A stretch of 64,000 bases of DNA from Candidatus Falkowbacteria bacterium GW2011_GWF2_43_32 (GTDB taxonomy: Bacteria > Patescibacteriota > Patescibacteriia > Patescibacteriales > UBA12465), in NCBI GenBank assembly GCA_000999715.1, contig LCGL01000001.1:387139-451138 (forward strand), in the 5' to 3' direction. The stretch's first letter is position 1; every line of letters begins with the position of its first letter. Shown here piece after piece: positions 52,956-62,697 of the stretch. Made by a program: the position numbers and the translations under genes. A model generated the notes under the pieces. It saw only the letters and a list, made by a program, of their open reading frames with translations, was not told the origin of the DNA and made no database searches.

Positions 52956-55900
52956 TTAAATTACCCGGAACACTTCTTCCAGACTGGTTTCTCCGGCCAG
53001 TGCTTTTAAAATGCCGTCTTGCAGTATATTGATCATCCCGTCGGCGGCCGCGGCGGTTTCAATTTCAAAATCGGTGACGTTGGTAGTTTGAATTAATTTT
53101 TGAATATCGGGCGTCATGGCAATGGTTTCATATAATCCCAATCGGCCTTTATAACCGATTTTATTGCATTGGTCGCAACCGTGGCTGGTGTAGAAAACTA
53201 GCTTGTCCGGAATTTTGATTTGAGGGTTTTTAATTTTACTCAAGGCTTCTTGCGCTCGTTTTAAATCTTCCGGAGAAATTTTGGCTTCTTGCTTGCAGTG
53301 TGGACAGAGTTTGCGCACCAAGCGTTGGCCGATAGTAAATTCAATGGCATTCGCTAGGGTCTGACGATCTAATCCCAAGCCGGTAAAACGAGAAATTGCG
53401 CCGGCGGCGCTGTTGGCGTGAATGGTGGATAAAACCAAGTGTCCGGTCATCGCGGCTTCCACGGCGATTTTGGCGGTTTCCTGATCGCGAATTTCGCCGA
53501 TCATCATGATGTTCGGATTTTGACGCAACAACGAACGCATCGCCGCCGCAAAAGTATAACCGCGTTCTTCGTCAATTTGAGTTTGCATCACGCCCGCCAA
53601 TTGATATTCAATCGGATCCTCCACGGTGATGATTTTGACGTCCGGTTTGTTTAATTTGTTTAACACGCTGTATAGAGTGGTGGTTTTGCCGGAGCCGGTC
53701 GGACCGGTGGTCAGAATAATGCCTCGGGTTTTTTTCATGGCCTGTTGCAGAGAATCAAAGGAAACGGAAGTGATGCCCAATTTTTCCATATCTAAATTGG
53801 CGGCGGAAGTGGACAGCAAGCGGATAACGATGGTTTCGCCGTAACCGCCGGCAATAATGGACAAACGACAATCAATTTTCCGATCGGGCAAGTAAATGGT
53901 AAAGCGGCCGTCAAAAGTGGCTCGCCTGACATTGGTCGGCGCACCGGCCAATATTTTTATTTCCGACAATAGCGGCAGATAGCTGGTTTTCGGCAAACTG
54001 AGCACATCGTGTAAAACGCCGTCTATGCGGAAACGAACCTTCACATCGATGTCCGTCGGTTCAATATGAACATCGCCGGCATCGGCGACCACCGCCAAGG
54101 CGGCGATTAAATTGATCAGTTCGCCGGTGGGGATTTCTTTTACCGTTGCGGCGATTTTCGGTAAATCGCGGCTCAGTTCTTCCGCTTGTTTGACTCGCTC
54201 TGCTTTGATTTTGATGCCGCGGCCGATAGTTTGCGAAATGACGATATCGTATAATTCGTTGACGTAATCAAAGTTGCCGATAACACGATAAACTTCTTCC
54301 AAGGAAGTTTCGCCGTCCAAAGCTTTTAATACCCCGTCTTGCAACATGGTAATCATGCCGTCTTCAATGGCTTGTTGGAGAATTTTAAAAGAAGGCGCTT
54401 GATCAATGGTTAACTGCTTGATCTTATCGTCCATGGTAAAGACTTCAAAAATTCCGGTACGCCCTTTATAGCCGGTGAAATTACAATGCTCGCAACCGGT
54501 GCCTGCTTGATATAGTTTCGGTAAATTGGCCGGAATATCGATGCCGGCTTTGGGAGAAATAACCGACAAAATTTTATTGATTTGTTCGGTTTCGCTTTCA
54601 GTCGGCACATGTTCGGCGCGACAGTGCGGACAGAGTTTGCGCACCAAGCGTTGACCGATGACGGCATTGATTGCCGGCACCAAAAAATATGGTTTAACGC
54701 CGATGTCAATCAGACTGGGAATGGCATCGGCGGCGCTGTTGGCATGCAGAGTGGATAATACCAAATGGCCGGTCAGAGAAGCTTGAATGGCTATTTCCGC
54801 GGTTTCCAAATCGCGGATCTCGCCGATCATCACGATATTGGGATCTTGACGCAGAACCGAGCGCAGACCTTCGGAAAAAGTGTAGCCGCGTTTGGCGTCC
54901 ACTTGGCTTTGATTAATGCCCGGCAATTGATATTCCACCGGGTCTTCCAGAGTAATGATTTTGGCTCCCGGTTGATTCAGTTTGCTTAAAATCGCATACA
55001 AAGTGGTGGTTTTTCCGCCGCCGGTCGGACCGGTAGTCAAAATCAGGCCGTTGGGTTTGGAAATTTCTCTGTTTAGAATAGGCATGATTTCCGGGCGAAC
55101 GCCCAGTTTTTCCAATTCCAGCACGGTGGTGGCGGAATCCAAAATACGCATCACCACGCTTTCGCCGTAAGCGGTCGGCAAGAAAGAACAGCGGACATCG
55201 ATTTTTTTGTTTTTTAAGTAAATGGTATAGCGACCGTCTTGAGGTTTATTGGCGATGTTAATTTTAACGCGCGCCAAGATTTTCAAACGAGAAATTATTT
55301 TATCCCATTTCTCCCGACTGATTGTCGCCGCATCTTGCAAAACGCCGTCCAGGCGCATCCGAATAGCCACGCCGCTCTCTTCCGCTTCAACGTGAATGTC
55401 GCTCGCTTCAACCTTAATGGCCGTGGCCAGCAATAAAGTGATAACATCGGTGATGGTGACATCGTTTATTTTTTTGTCCAGGCTTTTGTAATTGGCGATA
55501 TCCGCCGCGAATTTTTCCAAATTGGCTTCGCTGATTTCTACGCCGCTTTCATATTTTTTGGTCGGCGGCAGAGCTTTGTAAGCGTTAAAAGCGATGTCCA
55601 GGCTGTTTTGGGAAATCAAATATAACTTAACTTCGGAAAAATATTGGTCGCTCAAACGGGTCATTTCATCTTTAACGGCGGCGGTAGGCTCCAAACAGGC
55701 AATCCGAATATTTTTGCCGTCGTAATAAAAACAAACGGCCCGGAGTTCTCGGGCGCGTTCTTCTTGAATCAAGATTAAAGCTTCTTGGCTAATCGGAAAA
55801 CCGGACAGGTTGACATAGTCCACGCCCATTTGTTCCGCTTCTTTTTTGGTCTGTTTTTCAACTTCTTTGATTTTTATCTCACCTTGCTTTTTAGCAAAAA

Positions 55901-55967
55901 GACCGGTGGTGCTTTCTTCATCGCCGGTCGGATTGATGAGGTTTTCAATGGAAGAGAGATCGCTCAT
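52956..55967 (-). CDS. Tandem (double) GspE/PilB-type secretion ATPase
   Basis: One T2SSE_N-like domain, then two full ATPase modules. Walker A is GPTGGGKTT and GPTGSGKTT. Each module has EDP(V/I)EYQL, IM(I)GEIRD, the His box TGHLVLST(L/I)HAN and the tetracysteine CPHC...C(E/D)(H/Q)C..GYKGR. Confidence 0.85.
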   Translation of the reverse strand: MSDLSSIENLINPTGDEESTTGLFAKKQGEIKIKEVEKQTKKEAEQMGVDYVNLSGFPISQEALILIQEERARELRAVCFYYDGKNIRIACLEPTAAVKDEMTRLSDQYFSEVKLYLISQNSLDIAFNAYKALPPTKKYESGVEISEANLEKFAADIANYKSLDKKINDVTITDVITLLLATAIKVEASDIHVEAEESGVAIRMRLDGVLQDAATISREKWDKIISRLKILARVKINIANKPQDGRYTIYLKNKKIDVRCSFLPTAYGESVVMRILDSATTVLELEKLGVRPEIMPILNREISKPNGLILTTGPTGGGKTTTLYAILSKLNQPGAKIITLEDPVEYQLPGINQSQVDAKRGYTFSEGLRSVLRQDPNIVMIGEIRDLETAEIAIQASLTGHLVLSTLHANSAADAIPSLIDIGVKPYFLVPAINAVIGQRLVRKLCPHCRAEHVPTESETEQINKILSVISPKAGIDIPANLPKLYQAGTGCEHCNFTGYKGRTGIFEVFTMDDKIKQLTIDQAPSFKILQQAIEDGMITMLQDGVLKALDGETSLEEVYRVIGNFDYVNELYDIVISQTIGRGIKIKAERVKQAEELSRDLPKIAATVKEIPTGELINLIAALAVVADAGDVHIEPTDIDVKVRFRIDGVLHDVLSLPKTSYLPLLSEIKILAGAPTNVRRATFDGRFTIYLPDRKIDCRLSIIAGGYGETIVIRLLSTSAANLDMEKLGITSVSFDSLQQAMKKTRGIILTTGPTGSGKTTTLYSVLNKLNKPDVKIITVEDPIEYQLAGVMQTQIDEERGYTFAAAMRSLLRQNPNIMMIGEIRDQETAKIAVEAAMTGHLVLSTIHANSAAGAISRFTGLGLDRQTLANAIEFTIGQRLVRKLCPHCKQEAKISPEDLKRAQEALSKIKNPQIKIPDKLVFYTSHGCDQCNKIGYKGRLGLYETIAMTPDIQKLIQTTNVTDFEIETAAAADGMINILQDGILKALAGETSLEEVFRVI

Positions 55968-55972
55968 AGTGT

Positions 55973-56953
55973 TTATTGTCGTCGTCTAAAAAGTCGTTCC
56001 AATTTTGCCAGAACGTTCGTCTCGCTCAATTGCAAGAATAGCCCCGTCCAGGCGCTGATTTGAAAAGTGGTCAGGAATGAGCCGATGAAAATGATGAGAA
56101 CAATCGCCAGAAACATGGTTAAAATCACCAGGCCGCCCAGTTCAAACAAAATACCCAAGAGCAATAACGGCAAAAGAAAGACGCCGATTAACAGAAGCAG
56201 AGCAAGGCCGACCAGAAAATTGACCAGGAAAAGAATGACTGCCGTTTCCAGACTGACCAACCAATGTTTTTTAAATAATTTCCAACCCTTTTCCAGCGAG
56301 GCCACGAAAGAATAATCGTCCAAAACTTGATAAGCGATGGCATATTTTACCATTAAAGACAGGCCGGCGGCCAAGGGTACGAAAATCACGAATAAAACGA
56401 TATAAACGATCGTTAAAATTGTGCCGCCTTGTATAACCATTAACAGCAGAGGCAGACAAACGATGAATAAAAGGCCGACAATAATCGCTTTGGTTAAGAT
56501 GTTCAAACACAAAACCGGCCAGAAATGACGGTGCCCGACGGTTAAACCGTCGCGGACGGACAGCGGCAATATTTTTTTCTTGAGATTCAAAATCTTTTTG
56601 ACGCTATCCACCAATGAAGCCTGGGAAGAAACGGCCAGCCAAACGATAAAGAGAATCAGGACGGCCGTGACGATCAGCACGGACAAGACATTCAGAATCG
56701 TCCAAAAATCATATTGGAAAAGACTGATTATTCCTTGCCATAAGTTTTTTAAGAAATCGCCGAAAGCCAAAATGTCTCCCAAACGAGAATAAAGGTTGTT
56801 GACCAAATTACGATTGAGATTCCCGAACAAAAGATGGTATTCCCAGGAGCCGCCGGCGGCGGTTAAAGAGGCAAATAACCCGAAAAACCATAAATATTTG
56901 TGTTTCCAAGCGATATTCAGAGATTGTTTTAATAAAGAGCGGTAAGAAAACAT
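55973..56953 (-). CDS. Hypothetical polytopic membrane protein
   Basis: 326 aa, about 7 TM helices. Starts 5 nt upstream of... (stop 55973 is adjacent to the PilB start at 55967); same strand, likely the same operon. Confidence 0.5.
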   Translation of the reverse strand: MFSYRSLLKQSLNIAWKHKYLWFFGLFASLTAAGGSWEYHLLFGNLNRNLVNNLYSRLGDILAFGDFLKNLWQGIISLFQYDFWTILNVLSVLIVTAVLILFIVWLAVSSQASLVDSVKKILNLKKKILPLSVRDGLTVGHRHFWPVLCLNILTKAIIVGLLFIVCLPLLLMVIQGGTILTIVYIVLFVIFVPLAAGLSLMVKYAIAYQVLDDYSFVASLEKGWKLFKKHWLVSLETAVILFLVNFLVGLALLLLIGVFLLPLLLLGILFELGGLVILTMFLAIVLIIFIGSFLTTFQISAWTGLFLQLSETNVLAKLERLFRRRQ

Positions 56954-57090
56954 AAGATTAAAAAGCTAGTTTTAATTTAGCTTAGTTAATTATTTACTTA
57001 AAATTAATTAAAAATTGATTGAAAAATTTCCGAAAGTCTGTTAATATTATAACATAATTTTATAATTAATACCAAATCAACAGCATCTAT

Positions 57091-58320
57091 ATGACTAAAG
57101 TTATTACGGATAAAAAAAGGGTGGCGGAACTTTTGACGCGAGGCGTGGAAAGAATTTATCCGAATCGCGAAGCTTTGGAGAAAAAGCTGTTAAGCGGCGA
57201 AAAAATCCGTTTGTATTGCGGTTACGATCCGACGGCGGCGGCTTTGCACATCGGCAACGCCATTTCTATCAATAAATTAGGGCAATTTCAGGCGCTCGGT
57301 CACGAAGTCATTTTTCTAATCGGCGATTTTACGGGCCTGATCGGCGATCCGACCGATAAAAAAGCGGCTCGTCGAAAAATGACGCGCGAAGAAGTTTTGG
57401 CGAACGCCCGCGACTATCAGAAACAGGCCTCGGCTTATTTGAAATTTGACGGCGATAATCCGGCGAAAATAATGTACAATAGCGCTTGGAACGGCAAGCT
57501 TAACTTCGCAGACGTGGTTGAATTGGCTGCCAATTTTACGGTTCAGCAGATGATTCAGCGCGATATGTTCCAGGAACGGATAAAAGAAGAAAAACCGATT
57601 TATCTTCACGAGTTTTTATATCCGCTGACGCAAGGTTACGATAGCGTGGCCATGGAGGTCGATTTGGAAATCGGCGGCAATGATCAGATGTTCAATATGT
57701 TGTGCGGACGGGATTTGTTGCGGGCGGTCAAGAAAAAAGAAAAATTTGTGATGACTTTGAAACTGTTGGCCGACGAGAACGGTCATAAAATGGGCAAGAG
57801 TGAAGGTAACGCGGTATTTCTGGACGAAAAACCGCATGATATGTACGGACAAATCATGTCTTGGCCGGATGGGGTGATTATTCCCGCCTTTGAATTGTGC
57901 ACGAATGTCGCGACGGCAGACCTGGTGACGATGGCGGCGGAGTTGAAAAAGGAAAAAGTTAATCCGCGAGATTTAAAAATGAAATTGGCTCGGGAAATTA
58001 CGACCATGAATCACGGATCGCTGGCGGCGGACGAAGCGCAGGCAAATTTCGTCAAGACGGTTCAAAAGAAAGAGATGCCGACAGAGATGCCGACTTGGAA
58101 AGCGAAAAAGGACGAGTATGATATTGGAGAATTAGTGGTGGTTAGTGGTCTGGCTTTTAGTAATAGCGAGGCGCGGCGATTAATAGAACAAAAAGCGATA
58201 AAAATAATGGGGAAAGCTCAGGAATTAAAGGTTGTCGATGATTTTAAAATGAAAGCAAATATTAAGAATGTATCTTTTATACAGCGCGGGAAATTGCAGT
58301 TTAGAAAAATTATTTGGTAG
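57091..58320 (+). CDS. tyrS: Tyrosine--tRNA ligase
   Basis: HIGN (ALHIGNAI), KMGKS, C-terminal S4 domain. Confidence 0.9.
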   Translation: MTKVITDKKRVAELLTRGVERIYPNREALEKKLLSGEKIRLYCGYDPTAAALHIGNAISINKLGQFQALGHEVIFLIGDFTGLIGDPTDKKAARRKMTREEVLANARDYQKQASAYLKFDGDNPAKIMYNSAWNGKLNFADVVELAANFTVQQMIQRDMFQERIKEEKPIYLHEFLYPLTQGYDSVAMEVDLEIGGNDQMFNMLCGRDLLRAVKKKEKFVMTLKLLADENGHKMGKSEGNAVFLDEKPHDMYGQIMSWPDGVIIPAFELCTNVATADLVTMAAELKKEKVNPRDLKMKLAREITTMNHGSLAADEAQANFVKTVQKKEMPTEMPTWKAKKDEYDIGELVVVSGLAFSNSEARRLIEQKAIKIMGKAQELKVVDDFKMKANIKNVSFIQRGKLQFRKIIW

Positions 58321-58336
58321 GATTATTAACTAAAGT

Positions 58337-60046
58337 ATGTTTTTAGAAGAGTTAAAATTAAAAATAAAAGCGTCTTTGGAAATTATCCGGCCGTTTTCCG
58401 GCGAGCTGGTTTTTTCTTATCCGCCTAATTCGGAGTTGGGCGACTTGAGTCTGGCTTGTTTTGAATTGGCCAAAACGCAACAAAAAAATCCGGCCGAGTT
58501 GGCCCGCGAGTTGGCGGAAAAATTAACAGTCGATCAAGGATTGAAAAAATATTTTACCGATATCAAGGCTGTCGGACCGTATTTGAATTTTTTTATTGCG
58601 GTGGCATATCTGGCGGCCGGCACGATCGGCGACATAAAAACCGCCGGCGCCCGATACGGAGACAATAAAAAGGGCGGCGCCAAGAAAGTGATGATTGAGT
58701 ATTCCAACGGCAATACGCATAAGGAGCATCATATCGGACATTTACGCAATATTTCTTATGGCGACGCGATTTATCGTTTATTGGCGGCTAACGGTTATCG
58801 GGCGATTCCGGTTTCTTATATCAATGATTTCGGCATTCATGTGGCAAAAACCATTTGGAATTGGCAACGCCGCTCCAGCTATGCCGAGAGACCGGAGCCG
58901 AAAGGTTATCTCTTGGGTAAATGTTATGCCGAAGCCAGTCGGGAGTTGGCCGAACATCCGGAGTATAAAGAAGAAGTGGGCCGGATTATGACGGAGATAG
59001 AAAGTCGTTATGGCGCCAATTATAAATTATGGCGGCAGTCGCGACAGTGGAGCATTGATTATTTTTTTTCCATTTATCAAGAATTAAACGTCAGTTTTCG
59101 GAAAATTTTTTATGAAAGCGAATTGTTGGACGCCGGTTTGAAATTGGTGGCCGAATTGACGACCCAAGGGATTTTGCGGAAGAGCGAAGGCGCTTTGATT
59201 GCCGATTTGGAAAAATACGGACTCGGCATTTTGCCGATTATTCGTTCCGACGGCACGGCGCTGTATCCGGTGGCCGATTTGGCGCTCGCTTCGGAAAAAT
59301 TCAAGAAATACGGATTGGACGAATCCATTTATATTGTCGATGTGAGACAGAGCTTGTATTTCAAACAACTATTCAAAATTTTGGACTTGATGGGCTATCG
59401 GAAATCTTTGCGTCACCTGACTTACGATTTTGTCACTTTGCCGGAAGGCATGATGGCCTCGCGCACCGGCAACGTTATCACTTATCGGGAATTGAAAGCC
59501 AAGCTGTTGGAAAAGTTAATGACGGAAATAACACAACGACATCCGGATTGGTCCGTCGATCGCGTGACTGACGTGGCTTTGAATCTGGCGATCTCTACCA
59601 TGAAATTTGAAATGTTGAAAGTCGGTGCGGAGAAAATAATCACGTTCAATGTCGAGGAAGCTTTAAAATTTGACGGCTACACCGCTTGTTATCTACAATA
59701 CGGATATGTGCGTTTGCAAAGCATCGTTCGGAAAGCGGGGTTTAGTTTATTTGTCGGTCGACCGGATTTGAGCAAGCTGACCGACGGCAAAGAAAAAGCA
59801 TTACTGATGAAAATTGCCCGCTATCCGGAAGTTATCGCTCAGGCCGGCGCCGGATATAATCCGAGCGAATTGACCAAATATTTATTTGAATTAGTTCAGC
59901 TGTTTAGCGATTATTATCATGAGGTTAATATTTTGAAAGCGGCGACGGCGGTACGTCGCGCCCGTTTGACACTAGTCAAGGCAATCGCCCAGGTGTTGAA
60001 AAACGGTTTCGGAATTTTGGGCATCAAAGAATCGGCGGGAATGTAA
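58337..60046 (+). CDS. argS: Arginine--tRNA ligase
   Basis: N-terminal Arg_tRNA_synt_N, HIGH-type NGNTHKEHHIGHLRN, C-terminal DALR anticodon-binding domain ending ..GM. Confidence 0.9.
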   Translation: MFLEELKLKIKASLEIIRPFSGELVFSYPPNSELGDLSLACFELAKTQQKNPAELARELAEKLTVDQGLKKYFTDIKAVGPYLNFFIAVAYLAAGTIGDIKTAGARYGDNKKGGAKKVMIEYSNGNTHKEHHIGHLRNISYGDAIYRLLAANGYRAIPVSYINDFGIHVAKTIWNWQRRSSYAERPEPKGYLLGKCYAEASRELAEHPEYKEEVGRIMTEIESRYGANYKLWRQSRQWSIDYFFSIYQELNVSFRKIFYESELLDAGLKLVAELTTQGILRKSEGALIADLEKYGLGILPIIRSDGTALYPVADLALASEKFKKYGLDESIYIVDVRQSLYFKQLFKILDLMGYRKSLRHLTYDFVTLPEGMMASRTGNVITYRELKAKLLEKLMTEITQRHPDWSVDRVTDVALNLAISTMKFEMLKVGAEKIITFNVEEALKFDGYTACYLQYGYVRLQSIVRKAGFSLFVGRPDLSKLTDGKEKALLMKIARYPEVIAQAGAGYNPSELTKYLFELVQLFSDYYHEVNILKAATAVRRARLTLVKAIAQVLKNGFGILGIKESAGM

Positions 60047-60071
60047 AGGCAATAAATTTTTTATCAAATAT

Positions 60072-61460
60072 ATGTCACATAAAGAATCGGAGAACCTGTT
60101 GGACAAAATCGTTTCGCTGTGCAAGCGGCGCGGCTTTGTTTTTCCGTCTTCGGAAATTTACGACGGCTTTACCGCCGTTTATGATTTCGGTCCTTACGGC
60201 GTGGAATTGGCGAACAATATCAAACAAGCTTGGTGGAAGACGATGACTCAATATCGCGACGATATCGTGGGATTGGATGCGGCGATTTTTATGAGTCCGA
60301 AAATCTGGGAAGCCTCGGGACACGTTAAGGGGTTTTCCGATCCTTTGACGGAGTGCAAAAAATGTCATACGCGCTTGCGCTTGGACGCTTTGTTGGAAGA
60401 AGCGGGAATTTTTGCCGATGAAAAAATGAGCGAAGAGGAAATCAATCAAATTTTTAACAAGAACATCAAAAAAATAAAATGTCCGACTTGCGGTGCGGCC
60501 GATTTCACGCCCGGCAAGAAATTTAATTTGCTCGTACAGTCTAATTTGGGCAATTTTACCAATGATTGGACAAAGGCGCCGACATATTTGCGCGGCGAAA
60601 CTTGTCAGGGCATCTATGTTAATTTTAAAAACGTCATGGACACGGCGCGCGTAAAAATTCCTTTCGGTGTCGCGCAGATCGGTAAAGCCTTTCGCAACGA
60701 AATTACGGCCCGACAATTTATTTTTCGGACGCGAGAATTTGAGCAGATGGAAATGCAGTATTTCGTTAAGCCGGGAGACGATCAGAAGTATTACGAGGAA
60801 TGGAAGGCGACGCGTTGGAAATTTTATCTTGATTTGGGTTTGAGCGAAAAAAATTTAAAATGGCATAAGCATGAAAATCTGGTTTTTTACGCGAAAGAAG
60901 CGTATGATATAGAATATAATTTTCCTTTCGGCTTTAAGGAATTGGAAGGAGTCCACGCCCGCGGCGATTATGATCTTGTTCAGCACGGCAAATCTTCCGG
61001 ACAGGAGTTGAGTTATTTGGACCCGGCGACCAATGAAAGATACGTGCCGCACGTCATAGAGACTTCCGCCGGTGTCGGTCGGACTTTGTTGGCGGTTTTG
61101 ACGGAAGCTTATCGGGAGGAAGAATTGGCCGGAGAAACAAGAATTGTTTTAAAATTAGCCCCGAAATTGGCACCGATTAAGATTGCGGTTTTTCCCTTAT
61201 TGAAGAACAAGCCGGAGCTGGTGAAGAAAGCGCGAGCTATTTATGATGTTTTAAAATTGAATTGGCGCTGTGAGTTTGACGACAACGGAAATATCGGCAA
61301 GCGCTATCGCCGTCAGGATGAAATCGGTACGCCGTATTGTTTGACGATTGATTTTGATTCTTTGGAGGACGGCGCGGCGACCGTCAGAGATCGCGACACT
61401 ATGAAACAGGAAAGAGTTGATATAGCGGAACTGGAAAATTTTTTTCGGAAAAAGATTTAG
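60072..61460 (+). CDS. glyQS: Glycine--tRNA ligase (alpha2 type)
   Basis: KRRGFVFPSSEIY.G....YD.GP.G.EL..NI...WW, class II motifs, C-terminal anticodon-binding domain. Confidence 0.9.
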   Translation: MSHKESENLLDKIVSLCKRRGFVFPSSEIYDGFTAVYDFGPYGVELANNIKQAWWKTMTQYRDDIVGLDAAIFMSPKIWEASGHVKGFSDPLTECKKCHTRLRLDALLEEAGIFADEKMSEEEINQIFNKNIKKIKCPTCGAADFTPGKKFNLLVQSNLGNFTNDWTKAPTYLRGETCQGIYVNFKNVMDTARVKIPFGVAQIGKAFRNEITARQFIFRTREFEQMEMQYFVKPGDDQKYYEEWKATRWKFYLDLGLSEKNLKWHKHENLVFYAKEAYDIEYNFPFGFKELEGVHARGDYDLVQHGKSSGQELSYLDPATNERYVPHVIETSAGVGRTLLAVLTEAYREEELAGETRIVLKLAPKLAPIKIAVFPLLKNKPELVKKARAIYDVLKLNWRCEFDDNGNIGKRYRRQDEIGTPYCLTIDFDSLEDGAATVRDRDTMKQERVDIAELENFFRKKI

Positions 61461-61481
61461 TGATTGATCGGTAAAATAAAA

Positions 61482-61519
61482 ATCCTTCGCTCTCGGAATC
61501 GAGCGAAGGATTTTTTTTT
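61482..61519 (+). terminator. Intrinsic terminator after glyQS
   Basis: 11-bp stem ATCCTTCGCTC/GAGCGAAGGAT followed by T9. Confidence 0.75.
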
Positions 61520-61553
61520 AAACGGCGCCATCGGAAAAAATCGCGAAAAACTA

Positions 61554-61582
61554 TTGCTACTTATTTTAGTTAGTTGTATAAT
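61554..61582 (+). promoter_or_regulatory. Sigma70-like promoter of the small lysine-rich ORF
   Basis: TTGCTA (61554-61559), 17-nt spacer, TATAAT (61577-61582). Confidence 0.5.
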
Positions 61583-61661
61583 ATAAGCAGAAGATTAATT
61601 TTTTATTTTTCTTCAAAAAAAATTTTAAAAACATTAAATTTTTAGAAAGGAGGTGACTATT

Positions 61662-61790
61662 ATGAAAAAGAAAGCCAAAAAAAAGGTGGTAAAAAAAGTG
61701 GCTAAGAAAAAGGTAGCCAAGAAAAAGGTGGCTAAGAAACCGGCTAAGAAAAAGGTAGCCAAGAAAAAGACCGCCAAAAGAAAGAAATAA
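61662..61790 (+). CDS. 42-aa lysine-rich (AKKKV-repeat) histone H1-like basic protein; not in the ORF track
   Basis: Strong SD AAAGGAGGTGA 6 nt upstream of the ATG. Sequence MKKKAKKKVVKKVAKKKVAKKKVAKKPAKKKVAKKKTAKRKK. Own promoter, and a downstream hairpin plus T-run at about 61847-61885. Confidence 0.65.
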   Translation: MKKKAKKKVVKKVAKKKVAKKKVAKKPAKKKVAKKKTAKRKK

Positions 61791-61944
61791 TTTTTAAAAT
61801 TTATTATTTAAATTAATAAGTTTTATTAATTTGAAAATTATACAGAAGCCGTCCCCGTTCTCATTATACGAGGGGGCGGTTTTTGTATAAAAAAACCGCT
61901 TGATTGCTCAAGCGGCCGGTTGGTTCGATTTTTTTTGTCGGTTT

Positions 61945-62535
61945 TTAATGACGGGGTGAAGACGGTGCGGAAATTTTTTCCACGCTGATAAATTTTGTCG
62001 TTCCCGGGATTACCACTAATTTTCTGCGGCCGTCGGAAATTATTTTTTCTCCGTTCCGGGCGCGCGCGGTGCTGTCGGCTCCTATTTTAACGACGTGTTG
62101 CGGTACGGCGTCGGGAGATTTGACCAAAAAAATATCAATAGTAATTGTTTCTTTTCCGGTCAATAAATGTTTCTTCAACTTAATGGCTAATGAGCTTAAG
62201 ATGGTTTTTCCCAATGACTCTTCAGAAACATAAAAATTTCTGGTAACCATTCGGCCTTGATAAAAATCACCGCGGCGGTAATGTTTAGGAATCTTGAGGA
62301 TTGTTAACCCGTCGATGCCTTCATTTTCCGGAACATAAAATTTATTGGCCGGTACCAGCTTTAAGAATTTGTCCGTTTCTTTAGGCACCTTCATTAAAAC
62401 ATTAATGACCGTCAAAAGACGTGTTACCGTAGATTGTCCGCAAATCAAGTCTTTTTCCTTGGCCAGTTCTGTGCCGATAGCGATTCGGTCGGCAATCGCT
62501 TGCCGGGTTGTTTCTGTACATTGTTGTTCTTTCAT
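61945..62535 (-). CDS. Hypothetical protein
   Basis: 196-aa ORF with an ATG start preceded by GGAGGAGC. No recognisable domain. Confidence 0.5.
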   Translation of the reverse strand: MKEQQCTETTRQAIADRIAIGTELAKEKDLICGQSTVTRLLTVINVLMKVPKETDKFLKLVPANKFYVPENEGIDGLTILKIPKHYRRGDFYQGRMVTRNFYVSEESLGKTILSSLAIKLKKHLLTGKETITIDIFLVKSPDAVPQHVVKIGADSTARARNGEKIISDGRRKLVVIPGTTKFISVEKISAPSSPRH

Positions 62536-62697
62536 TTCTGAGCTCCTCCAGGGCTTTTAAAAGTTAGATTATTTGATTGTTAACGAATGAATTATTATAT
62601 CACCTTTTATTAATTATGTCAATAGTATGACGGGACGAAAGAGGGACGGTTCTCTGACTTTATTTTTTCTTCATTTCTATTATTGTATAGTGGGGAA

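Noticed and set aside
52956-55967. Numerous short ORFs on the plus strand within the double pilB (e.g. 53439..53654, 54765..54989)
   Set aside because: They are antisense shadows. They recur at equivalent positions in both ATPase modules simply because the modules are paralogous.
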